Positions 49,671-58,047 of a DNA stretch of 64,000 bases are shown one piece after another; the stretch's first letter is position 1; each line of letters begins with the position of its first letter. This DNA comes from Planctomycetota bacterium. Lineage in GTDB: Bacteria; Planctomycetota; Phycisphaerae; UBA1845; Fen-1342. Where the stretch lies: positions 34,476 to 98,475 of the forward strand of contig BTUU01000003.1 of the NCBI GenBank assembly GCA_045863555.1, written 5' to 3'. The notes below the pieces were generated by a model. That model was not told the origin of the DNA and ran no database searches. It worked only from the letters and a program-made list of their open reading frames with translations. The translations under genes and the position numbers were made by a program.

Positions 49671-51989
49671 TCAGAGCCCTTCCGAGGCTGCGCTGCCCGT
49701 TGACTCGTCGGGCGTTCGAAGTTGCGGTTTCTCTTCCGACTCGCGCCGCTGCCTGTCGCGGGCCTGCTGTGCCGCCTCGGGCGTTGCCAGGCCGCTGAAC
49801 GGCACCTCGAATTCGAGGACTCCCGTGCTGATCAGTGCGATCTTTCGTGCGGGAATCACCCTGACGACGCTGCCGGTCCGATGGAATCGCTTTACGAAGA
49901 CGATTTCCCCGGGACTGAGCGCCGCAGCCTGCTCGTCGGTCAACGACCGGATGAGCGGCCCCCGCGATTCACGGCGTTTTTCCGGACGAGGGGAGGCCGC
50001 CTGCGGCGTCGCTGGCGCGGCGCTCGGCCGCTCTTTTGCCCGCGGCGGAGTCGGCGGCGATGCGGGTCGCGGCGGTGGGGCAGGGGTCGCCGGGGGCAGA
50101 ATCTCGCCGAGCGGCACCTCCACCGAAAAAGTCCCGAGATCGACCTGAGCCCGATGCGCGTCGAGACGAACGCGAACGATCTTTCCGTCGCGGTCGAAGC
50201 TGCGGACCCGGACCGAATCGCCCGGCTGGAGGTGAACGACCCGCTGCACCCACAGCTGAAAATCCGACTGCTGCCGTTCGAAGAGCGCCTTGGCCGCGTC
50301 GGCTTCCGATTGCCGCCGATCCAGATCGAGCCGCGCGTTCTCGGCCGCCGTGCGGGCTTCCTCGGCCTGGCGCTTGGCCTCGATCGTGTCCCGCATCGCC
50401 TTGTGAAACACTGCGTGGCGCTGCGAGACGTTTCGGCGCGCGTTGTGAACCACGCGCCGCGGCATGCCGAGCCGTTCCGCGATCGCGATGGCGTTGCTCA
50501 TCCCCGGTTCGCCGATCAGCAGGTGGTACGTCGGCCGCAGCGACTCGACATCGAACTCCACCGAGCCGTTCTCGACGCGCTGGCGCTGGAGCGGGTAGCT
50601 CTTGAGAGCCCCGAGATGGGTCGTGGCGATGCAGCGTGACTTTCGGCGCAGGAACTCGTCGAGGACCGCCTTGCCGATCGCTGCACCCTCGTCAGGATCC
50701 GTTCCCGCTCCGAGTTCGTCGAGCAGAACCAGCGACCGGCCGCCCGACTTGTGCATCATCTCCATCTGCCGCTTCAGGTGGCCGCTGAATGTGCTCAACG
50801 ACTGCTGCATCGACTGCTCGTCGCCGATGTCGATGAACACGTCGGTGAAGACGCCGAACGTGCTCCCTTCGTCGACCGGCACGGGCATTCCGGCCTGGAC
50901 CATCAGCGAGAGCAGCCCGATCGTCTTGAGCGTCACCGTCTTTCCGCCGGTGTTCGGTCCGGTGATGATCAGCATGTCGAAATCGTCGCCGAGTCGATAG
51001 CTGATCGGCACGATTTCCGGAATCGGCTCGCCGGCGTCCCGCTTCGCACGGACGAGGTCGAGCAGCAGCGGATGCCGCGCCGCCCGCACGTTTACCCGCG
51101 GCTCCTCGACCAGCGGGGGCGTGATCATCCGGAATTCGCGGGCCATGCGCACCTTCGCGATCGTCAGATCGAGAATTGCGAGCGCATCCAGCGTCTTCAG
51201 GATCGCTTCCTCGTTGATATGGATCTCGTGAGCGAGGTCCCAGAGCAACCGGGCGATCTCCTCCGATTCCTGGGCTCGCAGGTTCGTGATCTGGTTGTTC
51301 AGTTCGACGGCGGCCGCCGGCTCGACGTAGATCGTGGCGCCGCTGTCGGAGCTGCGGTGGACGATCCCGGCCAGCCGCCCGCGATATTCCATCTTCAGCG
51401 GCAGCACGAGCCGGTCGTTGAAGAACGTGTGATTGGGAAACTGGAGCAGCCGCCGCACGTTGCCGTCGTGGAGGAGCCGTTCGACGACCAGCTCGATCGC
51501 CGCCATCGCCTCGCCGATCGTCCTGCGGATGCGCAGCAGCTTGGGACTCGCATCGTCGCGCACCTGCATCCGCTCGTCGATGACCGCGGAAATTCGGTCG
51601 CTGACCGTCTTGAAGTCGCCGATACGCCCCGCGATGTGCCGCAATTCCGGGTATGCCTCGGGCAGTTCGGAGAAATAGGCCGTCAGCTCGTGCGTCGCCG
51701 CAAGCGTCTCGCCGATCTGCGCCACATCCTCGAGCGTCACATGCAGCGGGGGGGCGCACTTCCGCACCGCCTCCCGAATGTCATGGACGCCACCGAACGG
51801 CGGCAGGCCCTTGTCCGCCGCGAGCGACCGCAGCTCGGCGACCTGTGCAAGCCACCGCCGGATCAACGCGCCGCGCGTTGTCGGCCGCAGCGCCAGAGCC
51901 ATGCCGCGCCCCAGCGATGTCGCTGCATACCGGGCGACGATCTCGCGCACGCGTGGGAAGTCGAGGCATTCGAGCGAATGCGGGTCCAT
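49671..51989 (-). CDS. mutS2: MutS2-family protein (MutS domain III-V ATPase) lacking a recognisable Smr domain
   Basis: Walker A ITGPNTGGKTVTLKTIGL, ABC signature/Walker B LVLLDELGAGTDPDEGAAIG. C-terminus has a Pro-rich linker and two KOW-like segments instead of the Smr HGxG motif. Start at MDPHSLECL (51989). The 258-codon upstream extension was rejected. Confidence 0.8.
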   Translation of the reverse strand: MDPHSLECLDFPRVREIVARYAATSLGRGMALALRPTTRGALIRRWLAQVAELRSLAADKGLPPFGGVHDIREAVRKCAPPLHVTLEDVAQIGETLAATHELTAYFSELPEAYPELRHIAGRIGDFKTVSDRISAVIDERMQVRDDASPKLLRIRRTIGEAMAAIELVVERLLHDGNVRRLLQFPNHTFFNDRLVLPLKMEYRGRLAGIVHRSSDSGATIYVEPAAAVELNNQITNLRAQESEEIARLLWDLAHEIHINEEAILKTLDALAILDLTIAKVRMAREFRMITPPLVEEPRVNVRAARHPLLLDLVRAKRDAGEPIPEIVPISYRLGDDFDMLIITGPNTGGKTVTLKTIGLLSLMVQAGMPVPVDEGSTFGVFTDVFIDIGDEQSMQQSLSTFSGHLKRQMEMMHKSGGRSLVLLDELGAGTDPDEGAAIGKAVLDEFLRRKSRCIATTHLGALKSYPLQRQRVENGSVEFDVESLRPTYHLLIGEPGMSNAIAIAERLGMPRRVVHNARRNVSQRHAVFHKAMRDTIEAKRQAEEARTAAENARLDLDRRQSEADAAKALFERQQSDFQLWVQRVVHLQPGDSVRVRSFDRDGKIVRVRLDAHRAQVDLGTFSVEVPLGEILPPATPAPPPRPASPPTPPRAKERPSAAPATPQAASPRPEKRRESRGPLIRSLTDEQAAALSPGEIVFVKRFHRTGSVVRVIPARKIALISTGVLEFEVPFSGLATPEAAQQARDRQRRESEEKPQLRTPDESTGSAASEGL

Positions 51990-52101
51990 CCCGCCAATTG
52001 TGCGGAACGGCGTCCAAAGGCACAATGGCGCAGGAATGGAAGGCCGTGCCGAAAAGCGAACCGGAAACCGCGCCGCGCGCGGGGACCGTCGGTCACGCCG
52101 A

Positions 52102-53052
52102 GTGAGCCGACTCGGTTCCGCACCGATCACATTCTTCGCCCGCACCCGGGGGCTGCTCGTGAGCCTCGTCGCCGTGCTCCTTTCCGCGTGTACCCTGCCC
52201 ATTTCCGCCGTCTCGGCCCAGTCTGTCCCCGCAAGCCGCCCGGTCGCATCGAAGCCCGTTTCACCCGAGGCCGCTTTTCTGGGGGAACTCGACGCCGCGA
52301 TCGAAAAACGCCAATTCGCCGTCGTCCTCAGCAAAATCGCGCAGCGGGCGGCGAACTCGCCGATTACCGCGGAAGTACGCCTCCGCGCGGCCCGTGCACA
52401 TCTCGAGCTTGGCGACGCCCTGGGACGCGCCGAGGTCCGGCGCATTGCGGGCGGCGTGCCCGGGCGGTTCATCGGCGAATGGCTGGTCGTCGAACCGGCC
52501 GGACCGGCGGATGAGTTCCTGTGCGCGCCGCCCGCATCGGCCTGCAACCAGGTCCGCCGGGCCATCGACGGCGGCGTGGACACGCCCGCGGCGCATCGGC
52601 TGTTCGCGGAAATCTGGCTCGCGGCCAAGCGCCCGAAGAACGCGATCGCAGTCCTGCGTGCGCATGAGCGGGTGCTGCTGGACGATGACACGGACGCGGC
52701 TCTCCGGCTTTTCGCGCGAGCGCACCTCGCCGCCAACGACCTCGAAGAGTACCTGAGCGTCATGCAGCGGCTGGCGCAGCGGAGCGGTGAGCGAAAAGAC
52801 GCAGTGCTCGCCGATGCCTACTTCGCGGTCGCCGATGTCTACAACCTGCGGGGCGATGAAGCCCTGCATCGTGAGTTCCTCCGGCGGGCGCTCAAGCTGG
52901 CCCCGGAGACGGAAAACCGCATGCTGGAGCTGGCCGATGCGCTCTGGGCGGCAGAAGAAAAGGCCGAGGCGCGGGGCTGGTACCGAAAACTCATTGATCG
53001 GCGTCCGGCGCATCCGGAGCGGCTCCGGATTCTTCAGCGCGTCAGTGAGTAG
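52102..53052 (+). CDS. Secreted tetratricopeptide-like repeat protein
   Basis: Signal peptide (LLVSLVAVLLSACTLPISAVSA), helical repeats (AYFAVADVYNLRGDEALHREFLRRALKLAP; AEARGWYRKLIDRRP). GTG start inferred at 52102. Confidence 0.5.
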   Translation: MSRLGSAPITFFARTRGLLVSLVAVLLSACTLPISAVSAQSVPASRPVASKPVSPEAAFLGELDAAIEKRQFAVVLSKIAQRAANSPITAEVRLRAARAHLELGDALGRAEVRRIAGGVPGRFIGEWLVVEPAGPADEFLCAPPASACNQVRRAIDGGVDTPAAHRLFAEIWLAAKRPKNAIAVLRAHERVLLDDDTDAALRLFARAHLAANDLEEYLSVMQRLAQRSGERKDAVLADAYFAVADVYNLRGDEALHREFLRRALKLAPETENRMLELADALWAAEEKAEARGWYRKLIDRRPAHPERLRILQRVSE

Positions 53053-53159
53053 GGCGAGACGCGCGCCGGGGGCGCCTCCGACCGCTCGCTTGCAGAAGGC
53101 GTCGCAGCGCCGCACAATCCTCCTCCGGTTCGTGATTGCTTTCGGAAGGAAATCTCACC

Positions 53160-55991
53160 ATGTCAGAGCCAGCCGTCATGATCGCCTGTCCGGCGCCCGG
53201 TTGCGGCGCGATGAACCATGCCTCCGCGGTGTACTGTTCACGCTGCGGGGCCGAGCTTCCGCATGGCGATAGCGATTACGAACTGCCCATCAAGGGATTC
53301 GAAGGCACGCCCGATGAGGTGGAGCGGCAGTGGTTTGAGAAGTGCTACAAGGGCCGGGGCGACACGATGCTCCAGCTCACGTGGCGCGCCGTCCTGCTCG
53401 GCTCCCTCCTCGGCGGAATCCTCTCGCTGACCAACATCTACATCGGCCTCAAGGCCGGGTGGGGATTCGGCGTCGCAATCACCGCGTGCATCCTCTCGTA
53501 TGCAATCTGGACCACGCTCTACAAGCTAGGGATCGTCAAGACGCAGATGACGATTCTCGAAAACAACTGCATGCAGTCCACCGCGTCATCCGCGGGCTAC
53601 TCGACCGGCGGGACGCTGATCTCCGCCTTCGCCGCGTACATCATGTTGAACAACGCGACATTACCCCTGCCGCTGATGTTCGGCTGGGTCTTTTTCCTCG
53701 CCGTTCTGGGCGTGACCATGGCGATCCCCATGAAACGCCAGATGATCAACGTCGAGCAATTGCGCTTTCCGAGCGGTGTCGCGGCGGCGGAGACCCTGCG
53801 CGCGCTCCATTCCCACGGTGACAAGGGGCTGAGATCCGCGAAAGCGCTGGGCATCGCGGGTGTGCTCGCAGCGATCAGCAAACTCTGGACGGAGGGGCTC
53901 GCCGTCATCTGGCACGTCCTCGAACCGTTCCAACTGAGCGCCTTCATCGGCAAGATCAACGCCGCGGTGTTCGGGGCGACCTGGATGAGCCGTACCGTGC
54001 TCTTCTCCTGGGAACCCATGTTCATCGCCGCAGGTGCGATCACCGGCGTCCGGGTCTGCGCCAGCATGCTCATCGGCGGAACGCTCTGCTGGATGGTCTT
54101 TGTACCGATCGGTCTCGACGAGAACGTGATTACGCTCACCGTCACCGAGAAATCCGCAAACTCACTCGTCGATCTCGACTTCCGCACGACCGAGCGGCTG
54201 CGCCGGTACGCCGCGTACAACGACACGATCCGCACGCTCAAGTGGGAAGGCATCATGACGACCGAGGACCGCGCTGCGCTCAAGGCGCTGTCCTCGGATC
54301 CGTGGTATCACAGCCTCATTGAACGCCTGTATGTGCGTTCGCAGTTCCAGGCCCGCACTCCCCTGGCGACGATGCCGTCGGTCAATCTCACCGGCGAGCT
54401 CGAAGGCGTCGTGCGGTATGACGCGCGCCACGCGGCCCTGGAGATGCCCGCGGTCGTAGCCCCGGACGTCGTCGAAAAGCTCCGCGCGGCGGGGGGCTCC
54501 CCCGAGTTCCAGGCCGCGGTCACAGCGCTCGCCGAGCGGTCGATCCTGCCGAGCTACGAACCTCTCTGGGCGGCCGTCGATCTCGACGAGCCGAAGCTGA
54601 AGATCCCCGACAACCTGGCTGCCCGGCTTTCGTACGACGCATCCGCGAAAAAGCTCCTGTGGCGCGGCGACCTGACCGATGCCGATCGCGAACGCATCCG
54701 CGCTGTGAGCGCGAGTCCCGCGTTCCTTGCGGCCGTCGATGCACTCCCGGCCGCCGTTTCAAGCCGGAAGATCGAAGTTCCTGAGACACTGGCCGCGGTC
54801 GTGCAATACGACGCGGAGGTCCGGGCCCTGCGGGCGCGCGGGGCACTGCCGGCGGACGCCACGAAGGCCTGGTCCGATCAGGTCAAGGACGATCCGGCCG
54901 CGGCCAAGGCAGTGGCGTCGCTCGTCGCCGCGTCGAAGGCCGGTCGAGCCTCGGAGAACTTCCGTGACATCGTGGCGTGGACCCTCTGGGGCGGCACGGC
55001 CTGCATGGTCACGTCCGGGCTGCTGGCATTCCTTCTCCAGTGGAAGTCGGCCGTCCGGGCCTTCGCGGGCTTTTTCCAGATGTTCGGCGCCACGCGGGAT
55101 TCGAAGCGTGCTGACATCGATGCGATCGAGACGCCGACGTCGTGGTTCATCATCGGTCAGGTCGTATCGCTCATCGCGATTTCCTGGCTCGCCCACTACA
55201 GCTTCGGCATGCCGTACTGGCAGAGCGTCCTCGCGGTCATCCTCACGTTCGCCCTGGCTCTCGTGGCCTGCCGCGTCACGGGTGAGACGGACACCACGCC
55301 GATCGGCGCCATGGGCAAGATCATGCAGCTCACCTTCGGCGTCGTTCACCCTGCGAAGACGGCGGGCGATGTCATGGCCATGAACGTCAACCTCATGGCG
55401 GCGAACATCACCGCCGGCGCGGCCGGATCCTCCGCCGACCTGCTGACGGACCTGAAGAGCGGTTATCTCCTCGGGGCCCATCCGCGGCGGCAGTTCATCG
55501 CCCAGTTCGCCGGCATCTTCGCGGGGACGATCGTGACCGTACTCACGTTCAGCGTTCTCGTCCCCGATGCCTCGGTTCTCGGTACGACGCAGTTCCCCGC
55601 GCCGGCCGCACTGACATGGAAAGGCGTCGCCGAGGCGCTCAGCCAGGGGATCGGCATGCTGGGTCCGGTGAAGACCTGGTCGATCGCCATCGGCGGGGCG
55701 GTCGGCATCATCCTCCCGATCCTCTCGATGACGCTGCCCAAGCGGGCGCAGAAATTCGTCCCGAGCGCCGCCGGCCTTGCGCTCGCGTGGGTGTTCCAAT
55801 GGTATTACGCACTGCTCTTCTTCCTGGGTTCGATTCTCGGCTGGGTCATCGAAAAGCGCTGGCCCAAGGCGGCCCAGGAGTACACGTTCCCGATTGCTGC
55901 CGGCGTCATCGCCGGTGAGAGCCTGATGGGCGTCGCGTTGATCTTCTGGGAGAACGGGCCGGAGATGGTCCGCAAGTTCCTTGGCGGTTGA
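53160..55991 (+). CDS. OPT-family oligopeptide transporter with N-terminal zinc-ribbon and a roughly 280-aa internally repetitive insert
   Basis: OPT signature TM blocks at both ends (LTNIYIGLKAGWGFGVAI...; ...GIFAGTIVTVLTFSVLVPD...WVFQWYYALLFFLG). N-terminal CPAPGC...CSRCG. The central soluble insert shows three repeats of an S/G-x-S/D-P-x-F/Y-x-x-A/L-V motif. Confidence 0.8.
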   Translation: MSEPAVMIACPAPGCGAMNHASAVYCSRCGAELPHGDSDYELPIKGFEGTPDEVERQWFEKCYKGRGDTMLQLTWRAVLLGSLLGGILSLTNIYIGLKAGWGFGVAITACILSYAIWTTLYKLGIVKTQMTILENNCMQSTASSAGYSTGGTLISAFAAYIMLNNATLPLPLMFGWVFFLAVLGVTMAIPMKRQMINVEQLRFPSGVAAAETLRALHSHGDKGLRSAKALGIAGVLAAISKLWTEGLAVIWHVLEPFQLSAFIGKINAAVFGATWMSRTVLFSWEPMFIAAGAITGVRVCASMLIGGTLCWMVFVPIGLDENVITLTVTEKSANSLVDLDFRTTERLRRYAAYNDTIRTLKWEGIMTTEDRAALKALSSDPWYHSLIERLYVRSQFQARTPLATMPSVNLTGELEGVVRYDARHAALEMPAVVAPDVVEKLRAAGGSPEFQAAVTALAERSILPSYEPLWAAVDLDEPKLKIPDNLAARLSYDASAKKLLWRGDLTDADRERIRAVSASPAFLAAVDALPAAVSSRKIEVPETLAAVVQYDAEVRALRARGALPADATKAWSDQVKDDPAAAKAVASLVAASKAGRASENFRDIVAWTLWGGTACMVTSGLLAFLLQWKSAVRAFAGFFQMFGATRDSKRADIDAIETPTSWFIIGQVVSLIAISWLAHYSFGMPYWQSVLAVILTFALALVACRVTGETDTTPIGAMGKIMQLTFGVVHPAKTAGDVMAMNVNLMAANITAGAAGSSADLLTDLKSGYLLGAHPRRQFIAQFAGIFAGTIVTVLTFSVLVPDASVLGTTQFPAPAALTWKGVAEALSQGIGMLGPVKTWSIAIGGAVGIILPILSMTLPKRAQKFVPSAAGLALAWVFQWYYALLFFLGSILGWVIEKRWPKAAQEYTFPIAAGVIAGESLMGVALIFWENGPEMVRKFLGG

Positions 55992-56002
55992 TTGAGGAAG
56001 CC

Positions 56003-56872
56003 ATGCTGTCAAAGAAAAGGTTGGTCAATCGCGGCTTTGCCGCGCTGCTCGCATTGATCGGTACGGGGTGCGCGCCGGCGACGACGCGCTCGGTCGAATC
56101 GACGCAGGAGTCGCGCCCGACGGAGCAGGCAACCGCGACGACGGCCCCCGCGTCGACGCCGGCCGAGGACGAGGCCGCCGAGAAGGAAAAAGCCGAGAAA
56201 GAACGCCGCGATCTCGTCCGCAAGCAGGCCCGCACCGAGCGCGACCTGACGATGGCTCGCGAGCGGATGCGCAAGACGAAGCTCCAGAACGAGTTCAACG
56301 AGCAGCAGGAGAAACTCGCCGACGAAAAGGCGCGCCGCGAGCTCGATCTCGCCGAGCGCAAGTTGCGCACGTTCAAGGAGATCTCGACGCCCGAGCGGCT
56401 GGATCGGGCCGACCTGAGCCTCCAGTACTCGCGCGACAGCGTCGTCGAGGCTCGCCAGGAACTGGAACAGCTCGAAGGCATGTACAAGGACGATCAATTC
56501 GCTGACAAGACGAAGGAAATCGTGCTTGAACGCGGTCGCCGCCGCCTGGAGCGGGCGGAACGCAGCCTCGCGCTCGAAGACCGCGCGATCGCCGCGCTCA
56601 AGGGCGAAACGCTCCCGGTCGAGCTGATCGAGCAGGAAGCCGGGGTTCGAGAGAAGCGCGAGGCGCTCAAGAAACTCGTGTTCGACAATGAGATGGAGGC
56701 GATCGATCGGAAGCTGTCGATTCTCGGCGCCGAGGCGGAGCTGATCCGGCTCGAGGAGGATCTCGAGGACGTCGTCCGCGATCTCAGGGAATTCGATCGC
56801 AAGGCCGCCGAGAAGGCCCGGAAGGCGGCCGGGGTGGCTGCGTCGCAGAGTGCGCCGGAAGGCGGCAAATGA
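56003..56872 (+). CDS. Coiled-coil lipoprotein
   Basis: Lipobox LIGTGC. Ala/Thr/Pro linker, then 200 aa of E/K/R-rich coiled coil. Confidence 0.6.
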   Translation: MLSKKRLVNRGFAALLALIGTGCAPATTRSVESTQESRPTEQATATTAPASTPAEDEAAEKEKAEKERRDLVRKQARTERDLTMARERMRKTKLQNEFNEQQEKLADEKARRELDLAERKLRTFKEISTPERLDRADLSLQYSRDSVVEARQELEQLEGMYKDDQFADKTKEIVLERGRRRLERAERSLALEDRAIAALKGETLPVELIEQEAGVREKREALKKLVFDNEMEAIDRKLSILGAEAELIRLEEDLEDVVRDLREFDRKAAEKARKAAGVAASQSAPEGGK

Positions 56873-57210
56873 TGCGACTTCGCACGTTTTTCCTGCTCGC
56901 GGCCCTCACAGCCTTCGCGGCCACCGGCTGCACGGGCACGCTCGCCGGCCGCTGGCGAATGGTCAAGTGCACGCCGAACCGCGAGACGTTTTCGATCGAC
57001 AACGCCTCGTTTACGTCGAAAGGCGAGTACACGGCGAATTTCTCGCTCGACGGCCGCGCTGAAAAAGAGAAGGGACGCTTCGAGTTCAACGGGTTCAACA
57101 TCACGTTCCGCCCGTCGGCCGGCGGAAGCCGCACGTTCACCGCGGTCCTGCGCCTCAACCGGCTTGAGATCATGGATGGAAAGCGGAATTGCGTTCTTGA
57201 GAAGCAATGA
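56869..57210 (+). CDS. Small lipoprotein (hypothetical)
   Basis: Signal plus lipobox FAATGC. ATGA overlap with the upstream lipoprotein gene, suggesting translational coupling. Beta-rich 90-aa body. Confidence 0.5.
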   Translation: MMRLRTFFLLAALTAFAATGCTGTLAGRWRMVKCTPNRETFSIDNASFTSKGEYTANFSLDGRAEKEKGRFEFNGFNITFRPSAGGSRTFTAVLRLNRLEIMDGKRNCVLEKQ

Positions 57211-57382
57211 CGTGAGCGCCGCTCCCGGCGTTCACGACAACCGATGCCCGGCCGGGACCGGGTCCATGTGCCCCCGCCGGCGTCGCGCCCGCGAGCCGAC
57301 GTGGCAGCCGGTGATGGGTGTGCGGACCGCCGGCGTCAAGATCGGCGGCGCAGGCTGGCAAGGGCGTTCGAGTGAATAGCAG

Positions 57383-57658
57383 ATGGCGACCGAGCGCAGA
57401 CACGTGACGTTCCACGGGCGGGTCCAGGGCGTTTTCTTCCGAGCCACGACCGCCGAGATCGCGGCGGGGCTCGCCGTCACGGGTTTTGTTCGCAATCTGC
57501 CGGACGGAACGGTGGAGCTGGAGGCACAGGGCGAGCCCGGCGAACTCGACCGGCTCATCGAGAGCATCGATCGACGCTATGCGGAGTTCATCCGCGAGAA
57601 GTTCGTCACGCCGCGCCCCACGCTCCCGTCCGAGAAATCGTTCGTCATCCGGCGGTGA
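57383..57658 (+). CDS. acyP: Acylphosphatase
   Basis: VxGxVQGVxFR signature (HGRVQGVFFRAT) and GFVRNLPDGTVEL second motif. 91 aa. Confidence 0.85.
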   Translation: MATERRHVTFHGRVQGVFFRATTAEIAAGLAVTGFVRNLPDGTVELEAQGEPGELDRLIESIDRRYAEFIREKFVTPRPTLPSEKSFVIRR

Positions 57659-57776
57659 AACAGGATTCGCGCGACCGCGCGGCCGCACAACCGGGCAGCC
57701 GCCCAACCGAAGGACGCCGCGGGCGTCCGACCGTCCACTTGTTGATCGTCAATCGTCACGAGCAGTCGCCTCAGCC

Positions 57777-57806
57777 TTGACGCAACCGCGCGGCTGGCGG
57801 TAAATT
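57777..57806 (+). promoter_or_regulatory. Sigma70-like promoter for the tRNA-Leu/tRNA-Arg pair
   Basis: TTGACG at 57777-57782, an 18-nt spacer, then TAAATT at 57801-57806. About 37 nt upstream of tRNA-Leu. Confidence 0.45.
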
Positions 57807-57842
57807 TCCCGATCTGCCTCCGACTCGATCGGACACCGGCTC

Positions 57843-57926
57843 GCCCAGGTGGCGGAATTGGCAGACGCACCAGCTTGAGGGGCTGGCGAGGGCAACCTCG
57901 TGCAGGTTCAAATCCTGTCCTGGGCA
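57843..57926 (+). tRNA. tRNA-Leu (anticodon GAG)
   Basis: 84 nt. Acceptor GCCCAGG/CCTGGGC, anticodon stem CCAGC/GCTGG with loop TTGAGGG giving anticodon GAG, long variable arm CGAGGGCAACCTCGTG, T-arm CAGGTTCAAATCCTG. Confidence 0.9.
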
Positions 57927-57973
57927 GTGGTTAGGTTCTTCGGGACCGAGCCGACAATCTGGCGCAGCGCGCA

Positions 57974-58047
57974 GCACCCGTAGCTCAATTGGACAGAGCG
58001 TCGGCCTACGGAGCCGAAGGTTACAGGTTCGACTCCTGTCGGGTGCG
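57974..58047 (+). tRNA. tRNA-Arg (anticodon ACG)
   Basis: 74 nt. Acceptor GCACCCG/CGGGTGC, D-arm GCTCAATTGGACAGAGC, anticodon stem TCGGC/GCCGA with loop CTACGGA giving anticodon ACG, T-arm ACAGGTTCGACTCCTGT. Confidence 0.9.

Noticed and set aside
57211-57236. Imperfect hairpin CGTGAGCGCCG-ctcc-CGGCGTTCACG right after the small lipoprotein gene.
   Set aside because: No following U-run, so it is not convincing as an intrinsic terminator.
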